Source: a virus
Lineage: Duplodnaviria > Caudoviricetes
Length of the DNA stretch: 64,000 nt
Reading direction: 5' to 3' (one strand)
IMG/VR virus record: IMGVR_UViG_3300028591_000210
Coordinates: 879-64,878 of that record
In this document: piece by piece, positions 50,456 to 59,791 of the stretch
How positions within the stretch are numbered: position 1 is the first letter of the stretch
Layout of the letters: each line of letters starts with the position of its first letter
Program-made: the position numbers and the translations under genes
The notes under the pieces: generated by a model
Databases searched by the model: none
The model's input: only the letters and a program-made list of their open reading frames with translations
What the model was told of the DNA's origin: nothing

Positions 50456-51380
50456 CTACTTATCATAGTCCTTTTTTCTATATGCTTCCAATTCCTCTTT
50501 GTATCTATCTGTATTAACAAACCCGCAGCAATTTAATTCTGGGCAAAAACCGCAATAAACACAATTTCTTACCATTTTGTCTGCCATAACAGGGTCAAAC
50601 TCTCTTATTTTATCCTTTACCATTTGCCAAGCTTCCCTTGTTTCCTTTGATGCGCATGTACATAACCTTTTTCTTGATATATTTTTCAAAGTTTGCGCAT
50701 TAACGACAAAATCTTGGTCATTTGGTGTTCCTTGCGGCAATTCATCTCTATCACAATCTAATTTTCGTCTATCTTCACGCTGTGAATGGATAAATGGCAA
50801 TGTAAAATCATGACGGAGTAACAATTTGTTATCTGCATGTCACCATGCAGTTCAGACTATCTCATCAGCCTAATAAATATTAGGTTGTCGTGCGCTTCCA
50901 TCTGTGCTATATCAGATGTACTGGGCTAAACTCATCACCCATAGTCGTTACAATTATTATGGAACAATATATACTTTGTTGTTTAATTTGTTAGTAATTT
51001 TATATATTCCAATCATAATCACGGTATTTTCTATTTAAAATATAATATAAATATTAATAAAGTAAATAGACTTCCACCGTTAGCTAATTATATAATTAAC
51101 CCTGTACTTGCAATCATACAGTTCACACGATTTTCATCACAACATTACTGTTGTGAGGCACTTACATTTAATGCACTCCGCACCATTGTCTAAGGTTTTT
51201 AAATGAAATAAGATATTCGACAAGTTTAATTGGAGAATGCTCTGCCAGAAGCACGCCAGCCTTCCAATTATTGCTAGGCTCCTTATCTATTGGCTCTTTG
51301 CCTATTGTGCGTCTGGCGGCATTTAAAGCGCGTTTCCAGGGTGTTTCTTGTGTTACTTCAACCGTTGTCTCTATGTTCAT
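50456..51380 (-). CDS. thyX: FAD-dependent thymidylate synthase ThyX-like; exons 51171-51380 and 50456-50821 (191 aa spliced)
   Basis: Spliced junction GVH|LLRHDFTLPFIHSQR fits the RHx-x7-SxR motif; EHSP in exon 1. Confidence 0.75.
50822..51170 (-). ncRNA. Group I intron (349 nt)
   Basis: 5' exon ends in U, intron starts TAAATG and ends in G; P7 pairing AACGACT / GATAGTCTG; removal restores the frame. Confidence 0.88.
50957..51016 (-). pseudogene. GIY-YIG homing endonuclease remnant inside the intron
   Basis: MIGIYKITNKLNNKVYIVP* (19 aa), with TATTTATA at 51046-51053 upstream. Confidence 0.8.
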
Positions 51381-51433
51381 GTTCTTTAATCTTTTTAACT
51401 ATGTTATTTACCTTCTTCTTTGCTCATATTTTT

Positions 51434-51940
51434 TTAAATCGTTTTAATATTAACTCCAACTGCCTTTAAAATATCTTTCACCATTTCAAAATATCCCTCT
51501 TCAAGTGGTTTTGATAATTTAAAAACGCTTTCACCATTATTATTTGTTATTTCAAAAAATTCATTGTTATTTTCAATATAAAAGCCATTTTCGCTTCTAA
51601 AGAACAATTCTTCGTTAATTGCCTCTAAATCAGCATTTTCTAATTTTTTATATTCATATTTCTTTTCTTTTATGAGTCTATTTAATGCTTTTCCTTGTGA
51701 TGAATCTTCCCTAAAAAGTAAATAATCCCCTACTGGAATATCATTGTATTGATATTGTGTACCATTTGAAAAAACTACCTTTAAAATTTTTAGTTTATTT
51801 TCTTCATCTATGCACTCGCTATATGGTATATTACTTGAGTTATACCAAGTTTTCTCCACATTTTTTCCGTCTTCATTTTTAATATATATGCTAAATTTTT
51901 TTGACATGATGTTTAATTTTTTTTGTTTTATTTTGTTCAA
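51434..51940 (-). CDS. KTSC-domain protein
   Basis: SSNI...LKVVFSNGTQYQY.DIP..Y..F..SQGK. Confidence 0.7.
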   Translation of the reverse strand: MNKIKQKKLNIMSKKFSIYIKNEDGKNVEKTWYNSSNIPYSECIDEENKLKILKVVFSNGTQYQYNDIPVGDYLLFREDSSQGKALNRLIKEKKYEYKKLENADLEAINEELFFRSENGFYIENNNEFFEITNNNGESVFKLSKPLEEGYFEMVKDILKAVGVNIKTI

Positions 51941-52125
51941 ATTTTTGAATCAATCCAATATAACGTGCCAAGTGGTTTATTCATTGGTTTGACAGTAGCC
52001 AAATCAAGCCCTATTGTCCTTGCAAAAACCTTTCGTACTGTTGGAATAAAATAGCCATAAAATTTGTTATTTTTTGTTAGACATGAATAATCATATCTTT
52101 TATAAACGAATTTCTTTTTATTCAT
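51937..52125 (-). CDS. 62-aa protein resembling a short segment of the major capsid protein
   Basis: PTVRKVFARTIGLDLATVKPMNKPLGTLYWI aligns to MCP PIIRRVFSKLLANDIVSVQAMNLPVGKLFFI. Confidence 0.6.
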   Translation of the reverse strand: MNKKKFVYKRYDYSCLTKNNKFYGYFIPTVRKVFARTIGLDLATVKPMNKPLGTLYWIDSKI

Positions 52126-53230
52126 AATTTTCCCTATTAAATGATTTGAGAACGGGGAATCTTAAAAGTTCATCATTTGTTTCCCCGAAATAGCAAACTG
52201 TTGCCATTTTTCCTATATATTTTTCTTTATTTTCCAATATTTCTTTACATACTTCATCCGGAAAACTTAAAGTTGCGTTGCATAATTTTCCATTCTTGAG
52301 CCTAATTGTTACGCTTTCAGCCATCGTCTTTGTTTTTCCAAGGTTTACGTCAACAACCTCAAACTCATCATCTTGGAACTTCTTATATTTTAATAGATTC
52401 TTGCTTCTTTTATGCTCATATGGTTTATCTAGCCTTATTATTGCTCCTTCATAACCATCATCTATAAATTGATTAAAATATTTTTCTACTTCTTCTTTTG
52501 AATTGATTTCAAATGTTGGCACAACCACCGCTGTTTTCAAATTTGAAAATATTTCTTTTATAATACTGATTCTTTCGGAAAATGGCATATTTGGTTCGTT
52601 ATCAAACCATGCATCATATACAAAGTATTTGACGGTACTTTCTATATTTTCTTTATCTTTTTCATCGATTTTTTGTTTTTTAACTAAAGAAACAATTTTA
52701 TTGAAATCATCGTGCAAATCATGGTTATAAAGCTCGCCATCAACGTGCATATTAGGAAAATTCTCCAATATAGAAGATAGTTCGCTTTCAATATGCTTGG
52801 TGGAATAAAACATTTTGTTTCTTCTACTTATTGAAGTAACTCTATCATTATCAGACATTGACATGTTGCATCTTATACCGTCCAATTTTGGCTGAATAAA
52901 TTTCATATCTTTAGCATAAATGCCATCATATACTTTTGCCAGCATTGGCGGGTTGAAGGATATTTTATCAACGTCTTCAATGTTAATGACAAAGTTTTCT
53001 TTCTCTATTTTCCGATTCCATATTGATTTTGCTTCCAATAAAGTTTGTTGATAATCATCGGTTTCATTTTTCTTGCCTTTATTTTTTCCAAAACAAAAAA
53101 CTTTGTCTGATTGTTGAACTGTACCGTCTACAAGTCCAAACTCGGTCCAATAATAATTTTCTTCGACTATTATTTTCCAGAAATTAATTTTTTTATTATT
53201 ATTTCTTTTATATAAAACTGGTAAACACAT
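52118..53230 (-). CDS. ATP-dependent DNA ligase
   Basis: PMLAK, QPKLDGIRC (KxDG), VDGELY, GYEGAIIR and LLKYK. Confidence 0.92.
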   Translation of the reverse strand: MCLPVLYKRNNNKKINFWKIIVEENYYWTEFGLVDGTVQQSDKVFCFGKNKGKKNETDDYQQTLLEAKSIWNRKIEKENFVINIEDVDKISFNPPMLAKVYDGIYAKDMKFIQPKLDGIRCNMSMSDNDRVTSISRRNKMFYSTKHIESELSSILENFPNMHVDGELYNHDLHDDFNKIVSLVKKQKIDEKDKENIESTVKYFVYDAWFDNEPNMPFSERISIIKEIFSNLKTAVVVPTFEINSKEEVEKYFNQFIDDGYEGAIIRLDKPYEHKRSKNLLKYKKFQDDEFEVVDVNLGKTKTMAESVTIRLKNGKLCNATLSFPDEVCKEILENKEKYIGKMATVCYFGETNDELLRFPVLKSFNRENYE

Positions 53231-53283
53231 GATATATAATATTATTTATAATATATTAGGTAATTATATACCTGTTGACACCA

Positions 53284-53362
53284 ATAGTGTCTAAGGATTT
53301 ATTATATTGACGTTTCATAGGGTGACTAATGCCATTGCCCTCACCGTCCATCAAACCGCCTA
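53284..53362 (-). ncRNA. TnpB omega-RNA 3' scaffold and guide (5' extent uncertain)
   Basis: GACG-GTGAGGG-loop-CCCTATGAAA-CGTC-AA ends at 53307; putative guide TATAATAAATCCTTAGACAC. Confidence 0.65.
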
Positions 53363-54520
53363 CCTACGGTCCGTTATTTCTTCAGCCTTTTCCTCAAAGC
53401 CTACCAAGGCTTGAGGGTTTAAGGCGAACTTCTTAATGTTTGTTGCAGCATTAATGTCTCTATCGTGATGCTCACCACAAATAGGACAAACCCATTCGCG
53501 GTCTGACAACTTCAAGTCACTCTTAACATAACCGCATTTGCTGCAAGTCTTTGAACTTGGTTCAAACCTACCAATAAATATCAAGTTCTTCCCAAACCAG
53601 TCACTCTTGTACTTAATTTGCCTAACAAATTCTCCCCAAGAGGCTGATTGAATGCTTTTTGCAAGGTTGTGATTCTTCATCATACCTTCAACATTAAGAT
53701 TCTCAAGACATATTGTATCAAATCTATTAACAAGGTCTGTTGTTAATTTATGAAGGAAGTCATTACGCATATTGGTTATCTTACGATACTGTCTTGCAAC
53801 CTTAAGTCTCATTACCTCGTGTCTCTTTGAATCTCTTACTGTTCTTGCAAACCTATGTTGTAGCAATGCAAGTCTTGCTTGACAATGCTCGTAATATTTT
53901 GGATTTGAGCATTTAGTTCCGTCAGATAGAATTGCGTAGTCCTTGATGCCCAAGTCGATTCCAACACTTGTACCTTCAGAAATCTTGGCTTTCGATTTCA
54001 TCTGTTCTTCTGTTTCCACGACTATTGAACACCAGTATTCTCCACATTTATCCCGACTGACGGTAAGAGTGCCTATCTTTGATGTTGACAAGTCAAATGG
54101 CTTATTCATACATAGTTTAACCCATCCACACTTTGGTATCTTAACCTTCCACTTGTCAAAGTCAAAGTGTACGGCTGCAATGAACTTTGCAACATCCTTT
54201 GAATGTTTTCTTGATTTGAACTTTGGAAATCCTTTCTTTGCTTTAAAGAACTGTGTATAAGCATTATCAAGGTTGCGTAATGATTGTTGTAGACATTCAT
54301 TTGGCACTTCCTTCAACCAAGTATACTCATCTGTTTGTTTCAATGTTGTTAGTTCTTTTGCAAGTTCAAAGTATGTTACTGTTTTATGCTCATTTGTCCA
54401 AGCCTTTGTCTTTTTATCAAGACCCCAATTATATATGAAACGAGCACATCCAAAAGTTTTTGACAATTGGATTTGTTGTTTTACTGTTGGTTTTATTTTG
54501 TACTTGAATGCTCTTTTCAT
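53360..54520 (-). CDS. tnpB: RNA-guided endonuclease TnpB
   Basis: RAFKYKIKP, GIDLG, CLENL, CSKC..CPIC and DRDINAA. Confidence 0.93.
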   Translation of the reverse strand: MKRAFKYKIKPTVKQQIQLSKTFGCARFIYNWGLDKKTKAWTNEHKTVTYFELAKELTTLKQTDEYTWLKEVPNECLQQSLRNLDNAYTQFFKAKKGFPKFKSRKHSKDVAKFIAAVHFDFDKWKVKIPKCGWVKLCMNKPFDLSTSKIGTLTVSRDKCGEYWCSIVVETEEQMKSKAKISEGTSVGIDLGIKDYAILSDGTKCSNPKYYEHCQARLALLQHRFARTVRDSKRHEVMRLKVARQYRKITNMRNDFLHKLTTDLVNRFDTICLENLNVEGMMKNHNLAKSIQSASWGEFVRQIKYKSDWFGKNLIFIGRFEPSSKTCSKCGYVKSDLKLSDREWVCPICGEHHDRDINAATNIKKFALNPQALVGFEEKAEEITDRR

Positions 54521-54765
54521 AATAATTATTAATCTTTTCTATTAATAAATATTACGAAGCTTTGAAAAATACTTGTTTTTATAAAAAAATATAAACTTTT
54601 TTTGTTAATGAAAGCTAGAGCACATATACAAAGTATATGTTAAAACATAAATGAGCAACCCAATTGATATTTAGAGTCAACAGGTATATAATTCCCATAT
54701 ATTATTATTAAAATATAATAAATTAAAATTTAATATAATATATAAAATTATTTTATTTAATATTA

Positions 54766-54773
54766 CAAATATA
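54766..54773 (-). promoter_or_regulatory. Bacteroidota-type -7 promoter element, probably of the ligase operon
   Basis: TATATTTG on the minus strand, ~60 nt outside the right target duplication. Confidence 0.5.
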
Positions 54774-54850
54774 CATTTTTTTTGAAAAAAAACAAAATTT
54801 TTAACTTGATTTTTTTTATTTTTTCCTTATTTTTTATAAAAAGAGAAATT

Positions 54851-57346
54851 ATGAGTGAGAAAAAAAATTATTCTTTTGAGTTACAAGGTGTGCTATCATA
54901 TATGATAGACATATTGGCAAATGAGTTTCCAGTTGATATTTTTACGCCGGAATATCTTATTGTATCAATTCTTGATACTAAGAAATGTCATGCTAATATG
55001 TTTTTAGACAATTATTTAATGTCTGAAAATATGGAGGAATTAAGGGAAATTTATACTTCTGTTCTTAGGGAGAATAAAGTCCCCATTTTAAAAGACAAGA
55101 ATAAAGAAAAAGTAGAATTTAATTTTGAATTAAATAAAATCATGGAAAAAGCCGAAGTTGAAGCTAATAAATTAGGTTCTTCAAGTATAGGAACTGAACA
55201 TATTTTATTATCAATATTAAATCCGGAAAACGAAATAAAGATTAGAGATGTTTTTACAACAGTTGGAATAGATTATGAATTAATATTCAACAAGTGTAAA
55301 GATAGCAGAAAGACAGTAATAAATAATAGAAAAAATGCTTTCATAAATAATAAAGGAACTAATCAGCAAACTCCAAAAATGATACCATTAAAAAGCGAAA
55401 TTAATGCAACAATTACAGTTGGTGATGCAGAATATATTTCAAAATATACAACAAATATTAATAATTTGGTCAAAGAAAACAAAATAGATGATTTGGTTGG
55501 CAGAGAGAAAGAAACCAATCAAATCTTAAAAGTACTTTCAAGAAGGCGTAAAAATAATGTTGTATTGGTTGGCCCCGGCGGAGTTGGAAAAACAGCAATA
55601 GTTCAAAATTTAGCAAAATTAATAGAATCCGGCAACGTGCCAAGTTTTATGGAAGGTAAAAAGCTTGTAATGTTGGATATAATGGCATTAGTAAGTGGGA
55701 CACAATTAAGGGGTATGTATGAAGAAAGAGTGAATGGTTTATTTAAGGAATTAAAGAATAGTAAAAAACATATATTGTTTATTGATGATATTCATACTGT
55801 TTTAAAAAGTGGGTCGAGGGATAATGATAAAGACTTATCAGGAATGTTGGGAGAAATATTATTAAACGGGGATGTGAAAATAATAGGAACTACAACAAAT
55901 AAAGAATATAGAAATTCAATAGAAACTAACCCCGGTATTTCTAATAAATTCCAAAAAATTATGATTGAACCATCAACAGTAGATGAAACCATTGAAATAC
56001 TTAAAAAAAATAAAAAATATTATGAAGAATATCATAATGTAGAATATACAGATGATGCCATTAAAAAGTGTGCAGAATTATCAGAAAGGTATATTACAGA
56101 TAGAAAATTACCAGACTCAGCATTTGATATATTAGATTTATCTGGTGCATATGTTTCATTAATTAAAAACGAATCACTTGAATTTTCAGAATTAAAGAAG
56201 AGGCTTTCCAAAATAGAAGAAGAAAAAAATGAAATATTAAATAACGGGGACTTTGAAAAAATAGATGCGTTAACAATAGAAGAAAATGACATAAAGAAAA
56301 GAATCAGCGATTTCAAAAGGAATAATAAAAAGAAAAAACAAATAGTAGTTAATTCTAATGATATTTTAAACACAGTATCAGATTCCACAGGAATTCCAGT
56401 AACAAAATTGTCTAATAGTGAAAAAGAAAAAATTGCTCATATTGATAAAAAACTTAAAGAGGATATAGTTGGGCAAGATGAAGCAATAGACGAGATTTGC
56501 AAAATTATCAAGAGGAATCGTGTAGGACTTGGAAGTAAGAAAAAATGTTCAGCGGCTTTCCTATGTTGTGGAAAAAGTGGAGTTGGAAAGACATTTTTAG
56601 CTAAAAGATTGGCAGCAGAAATCTTTGGGGATGAAAATGCAATGATTCGAATTGATATGTCGGAATATTCTGAAAAAAATTCAATAGCAAAATTAACTGG
56701 AACGGCCCAAGGTTATGTCGGATATGAAGATGGAGGCATTCTTACAACCGCAATCAAAAATAAGCCATACTCTGTTGTTTTATTGGATGAAATTGAAAAA
56801 GCTGATGAATCCATTTTCAATTTATTCTTACAAATATTTGATGAGGGAAGATTAACAGAAAGCAATGGTACTGTTGTTAATTGCAAGAATTGCCTTTTTA
56901 TTATGACATCAAATATTGGAGCAAAACAAGCTTCTGAGTTAGGAAAAGGCATTGGATTTGTAACAAATGAAGCTGACAATAAAAAAGCAATTATTGAGAA
57001 AGAGCTAAAAAGCAAATTTACTCCAGAATTTTTAAACAGAATTGATAAAATTGTTTATTTTAACTCATTAACAGACGATAATTTAAAAGATATTGTAAAC
57101 TTGGAAATTAAAAAATTAAACAAGCGTTTAAAAGAAATTGACTATAGCATACAATATGATGATAAAGTAGTAAACTTTATACATGAACAAGCGGTAAAGC
57201 AAAAAGAATATGGAGCCAGACCAATTATAAGGTTAATACAAAATAATTTAGAAGATTCAATTACTGATTTGCTGCTTGAGAATGAATATGAACCGGAATA
57301 TGTATTCAGTGCAACATGTAATTCGGGCAAAATAGAGATTAAATAA
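54851..57346 (+). CDS. clpC: ClpA/ClpC-type AAA+ unfoldase
   Basis: Walker A GPGGVGKT and GKSGVGKT, RYITDRKLPD, LLDEIEKA, GARP and IGF loop; ATG 54851 preferred over TTG 54782. Confidence 0.88.
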   Translation: MSEKKNYSFELQGVLSYMIDILANEFPVDIFTPEYLIVSILDTKKCHANMFLDNYLMSENMEELREIYTSVLRENKVPILKDKNKEKVEFNFELNKIMEKAEVEANKLGSSSIGTEHILLSILNPENEIKIRDVFTTVGIDYELIFNKCKDSRKTVINNRKNAFINNKGTNQQTPKMIPLKSEINATITVGDAEYISKYTTNINNLVKENKIDDLVGREKETNQILKVLSRRRKNNVVLVGPGGVGKTAIVQNLAKLIESGNVPSFMEGKKLVMLDIMALVSGTQLRGMYEERVNGLFKELKNSKKHILFIDDIHTVLKSGSRDNDKDLSGMLGEILLNGDVKIIGTTTNKEYRNSIETNPGISNKFQKIMIEPSTVDETIEILKKNKKYYEEYHNVEYTDDAIKKCAELSERYITDRKLPDSAFDILDLSGAYVSLIKNESLEFSELKKRLSKIEEEKNEILNNGDFEKIDALTIEENDIKKRISDFKRNNKKKKQIVVNSNDILNTVSDSTGIPVTKLSNSEKEKIAHIDKKLKEDIVGQDEAIDEICKIIKRNRVGLGSKKKCSAAFLCCGKSGVGKTFLAKRLAAEIFGDENAMIRIDMSEYSEKNSIAKLTGTAQGYVGYEDGGILTTAIKNKPYSVVLLDEIEKADESIFNLFLQIFDEGRLTESNGTVVNCKNCLFIMTSNIGAKQASELGKGIGFVTNEADNKKAIIEKELKSKFTPEFLNRIDKIVYFNSLTDDNLKDIVNLEIKKLNKRLKEIDYSIQYDDKVVNFIHEQAVKQKEYGARPIIRLIQNNLEDSITDLLLENEYEPEYVFSATCNSGKIEIK

Positions 57347-57376
57347 ATTTTCTCATAATTTCTACATAATATTTTT

Positions 57377-57420
57377 AAAAATGGTAGAGATAACATTTTA
57401 AAAGCTCTCTACCATTTTTT
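57377..57420 (+). terminator. Intrinsic terminator
   Basis: aaaaatggtagaga...ctctctaccatttttt. Confidence 0.65.
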
Positions 57421-57483
57421 GTTAAAAAATCTAAAAATAAGTATAATATTCATAAATTTTTTATATATAAAATATAATTTGTG

Positions 57484-57491
57484 TATATTTG
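57484..57491 (+). promoter_or_regulatory. Bacteroidota-type -7 promoter element
   Basis: TATATTTG 21 nt upstream of 57513. Confidence 0.55.
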
Positions 57492-57512
57492 CAACCGTAA
57501 TATTATATCACT

Positions 57513-58109
57513 ATGATGATAGAATTACAAAATAAACTAGTTGATAACAATTTAACAAGGGAAGAAATACTAGAAAATGTAAAAATTGAAAAGACGACAT
57601 ATAATGATGCAATGAAATTAACTGAATTGTTAACAAAATGCTTTGGTATACCAACGCAATATGAAGCATTAAGACAGTTAATATATTCAAATGCACAACT
57701 TGACGAATCTGTAAAGGTAGTTGATAAAAGAAATGGTGATATATACGGATTTTTAATATTTAGTCTATTTCCAATACATATTGGCTCTCCAATAATGCAT
57801 ATAAATGCAAAATTGGGCGGATTTTTAATTCAGTTTAAACAAATAAATGGACATTCATTTATATTGGATGAAAGATTAAGAGGAACTGGAATAGATAAAA
57901 AAATGCTATTATATAATAAAGAATTTGTTGACAAATTCGATTTTATATGGTGCGCCGTTGAAGAATCTTTAAAAAGTGTATCTTACTGGCATAAATTAGG
58001 ATTTATTGATATATTTGTTACTGATGAGGCCACATTTTTAATTAAACCAAATAACGAAGAAATGATAAATATATTTAAATCTAAAGAATTGGAAAAATTA
58101 AATGGCTAA
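57513..58109 (+). CDS. GNAT-like acetyltransferase
   Basis: FILDERLRGTGIDK (motif A) and YWHKLGF. Confidence 0.7.
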   Translation: MMIELQNKLVDNNLTREEILENVKIEKTTYNDAMKLTELLTKCFGIPTQYEALRQLIYSNAQLDESVKVVDKRNGDIYGFLIFSLFPIHIGSPIMHINAKLGGFLIQFKQINGHSFILDERLRGTGIDKKMLLYNKEFVDKFDFIWCAVEESLKSVSYWHKLGFIDIFVTDEATFLIKPNNEEMINIFKSKELEKLNG

Positions 58110-58162
58110 AAAGAAAAAGAAAACGTCTCTGACAATATTTATTTTATATTAAATGAATTAGA

Positions 58163-58537
58163 ATGATGAAAAAAATCATTATAAAAGAAGGCAAAGAAAA
58201 ACTTTTGTATGAGGAAGCTGTTATAGAAGAAATGTTTAATGGGTGGGGAGAAAAAGTTAAATCTATAAAAGACTATCTAGATAAGCATTTCGCAAGAGCC
58301 AATGCTACTACATTTGGAGAAGACGGTATGCCAACCATTCAAAAAGTAGTGGCTTGGCTTGATGACTATAAACAAGTGGTTAAAACCCTTACAGACGTTC
58401 AATTATTCTATATAATACAAGACAAATTTAAAAAAATATTACCGGATAAAAATGAAAGAGATAAATTTATCATACAGGTAATAAAAGATTGGTACAACCA
58501 TAAAATAAGCAAAAATAATTCATTATCTGCTTACTAG
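58163..58537 (+). CDS. Hypothetical protein with KKIIIKE leader
   Basis: 124-aa ORF. Confidence 0.7.
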   Translation: MMKKIIIKEGKEKLLYEEAVIEEMFNGWGEKVKSIKDYLDKHFARANATTFGEDGMPTIQKVVAWLDDYKQVVKTLTDVQLFYIIQDKFKKILPDKNERDKFIIQVIKDWYNHKISKNNSLSAY

Positions 58538-58647
58538 AGAAATCAATGACTAAGTGGTAAAGCGTAACAGATAGCTCAATCTCACGTATTCTGTTACCCA
58601 CATTACGTTAAATAATAACGTAATGGCCACGTTTAAATTTAATAAAG

Positions 58648-59265
58648 ATGAGACAAAAGAAAACATTATTAACGATTGCAGCACTAATCAGTGCATTTTT
58701 GATTTCTGTATCTCTTCCATTAAAATCAACTAAATTACAATTTAATGGAGAAACAGGAGAAACTGAAGTTCTAAAAGATTCAATTGTAATAGAATCAATT
58801 AGTCCTAAAGATAGCCTAAAAGACAAATTAATAATAGAAGTGGAAAACTATATATATAATAATTTTCCAAAAGTAAAAAAAGAAATTCCAACATTAATTG
58901 TTGAGCATGGCCTTGAACATAAAATAGATATTTTATTTATGATGGCTCAAACCCAAATAGAAACGCAGTATGGGACAACAGGAGCCGGAAGAGAAGCATC
59001 AAGGCGTTCACTTTTTGGCGTGGCAACAAAAAGGTATCAAACTTATAAAAATGCGTTTGAAGATTATGTTAGAGTCCTTAAAAAGTTTTATTTGACAAAA
59101 GGTAAAACTGAGGAACACCTAATGAGAAAGTATACGACTTCTGGAGGCTTAAGATATGCCGGAGACCCAAATTATGAAAAAGAGTTGAGAAATGCATATA
59201 ATGTCATTAAGAAGAAAACTAATATAGAAATTTTACAAAAAGAATATAGGCTAATCAATGCATAA
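58648..59265 (+). CDS. Glucosaminidase (GH73-like) cell-wall hydrolase with N-terminal TM
   Basis: AQTQIETQYG, SLFG and YAGDPNY. Confidence 0.7.
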   Translation: MRQKKTLLTIAALISAFLISVSLPLKSTKLQFNGETGETEVLKDSIVIESISPKDSLKDKLIIEVENYIYNNFPKVKKEIPTLIVEHGLEHKIDILFMMAQTQIETQYGTTGAGREASRRSLFGVATKRYQTYKNAFEDYVRVLKKFYLTKGKTEEHLMRKYTTSGGLRYAGDPNYEKELRNAYNVIKKKTNIEILQKEYRLINA

Positions 59266-59267
59266 AC

Positions 59268-59298
59268 AAAAAGTTTGGCAAAACGCCAAACTTTTTTT
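59268..59298. terminator. Bidirectional terminator
   Basis: aaaaagtttggc aaaac gccaaacttttt. Confidence 0.7.
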
Positions 59299-59788
59299 AT
59301 TTACCCCAATGATTCTGAAGCAGAGCTTCAAGTTCTTCAGGAGTTTTACCTGCATATGGGTTGTTTTTCATGATGGATTTCTTTTTATCCACTGGTTCTA
59401 CAACGTCTGCCTTTGGAGCAAAACCTTTTGATTTTTCTGCTGCAAAATAGTCAAAATCGGAATCATCATTGTCATTTGGGTCATCATACTTCAAATACTC
59501 AGCCTTTTGAGCAGCCGTCATTTTTCCCATTTTTTTAGCTTCTCTATCTCTAAAGTATTTTTTCATTGCCCTTGCTCTAGCGCCAAAGTCTTTTCCAAAC
59601 TCAGCTTTAATTGCATCATCCTTTGCTTTTTGCAATTTTGTCCCCTCAGCACTATCCGTAATATCTGGTGCATCTAAAAATCTATCAAATGCATCTTGCC
59701 AATTTTCTTCATTTAAAATTTTTACAACAGACTCCTTTATAATATTATGTAAATCGCTTTCTGTTATTCTGATTATTTGATTAGCCAT
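59297..59788 (-). CDS. Putative head-internal protein with ITESDLHNIIKES leader
   Basis: MANQIIRITESDLHNIIKESV; late motif at 59827-59834. Confidence 0.7.
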   Translation of the reverse strand: MANQIIRITESDLHNIIKESVVKILNEENWQDAFDRFLDAPDITDSAEGTKLQKAKDDAIKAEFGKDFGARARAMKKYFRDREAKKMGKMTAAQKAEYLKYDDPNDNDDSDFDYFAAEKSKGFAPKADVVEPVDKKKSIMKNNPYAGKTPEELEALLQNHWGK

Positions 59789-59791
59789 TGT

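Larger units (their letters stand above)
53259..54696 (-). mobile_element. TIR-bounded cassette carrying tnpB plus omega-RNA (copy 2, divergent TnpB)
   Basis: TIRs GGTAATTATATACCTGTTGAC / GGGAATTATATACCTGTTGAC (20/21); perfect 8-bp duplication ATATATTA at 53251-53258 and 54697-54704. Confidence 0.9.

Noticed and set aside
53259-53283. Xer/dif-like recombination sites
   Set aside because: The AGGTA-N6-TACCT symmetry is not kept in other copies, the match to the XerD arm is weak, and a target duplication favours transposon TIRs. Not fully excluded.
43173-54696. Standard IS605/IS607 interpretation of the tnpB loci
   Set aside because: No tnpA is present, sequence identity between copies extends ~46 bp past the scaffold end, and TIRs with an 8-bp duplication define the boundaries.
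54782-54850. TTG start extending the Clp ATPase
   Set aside because: The extension is poly-A/T intergenic sequence; ATG 54851 is more plausible.
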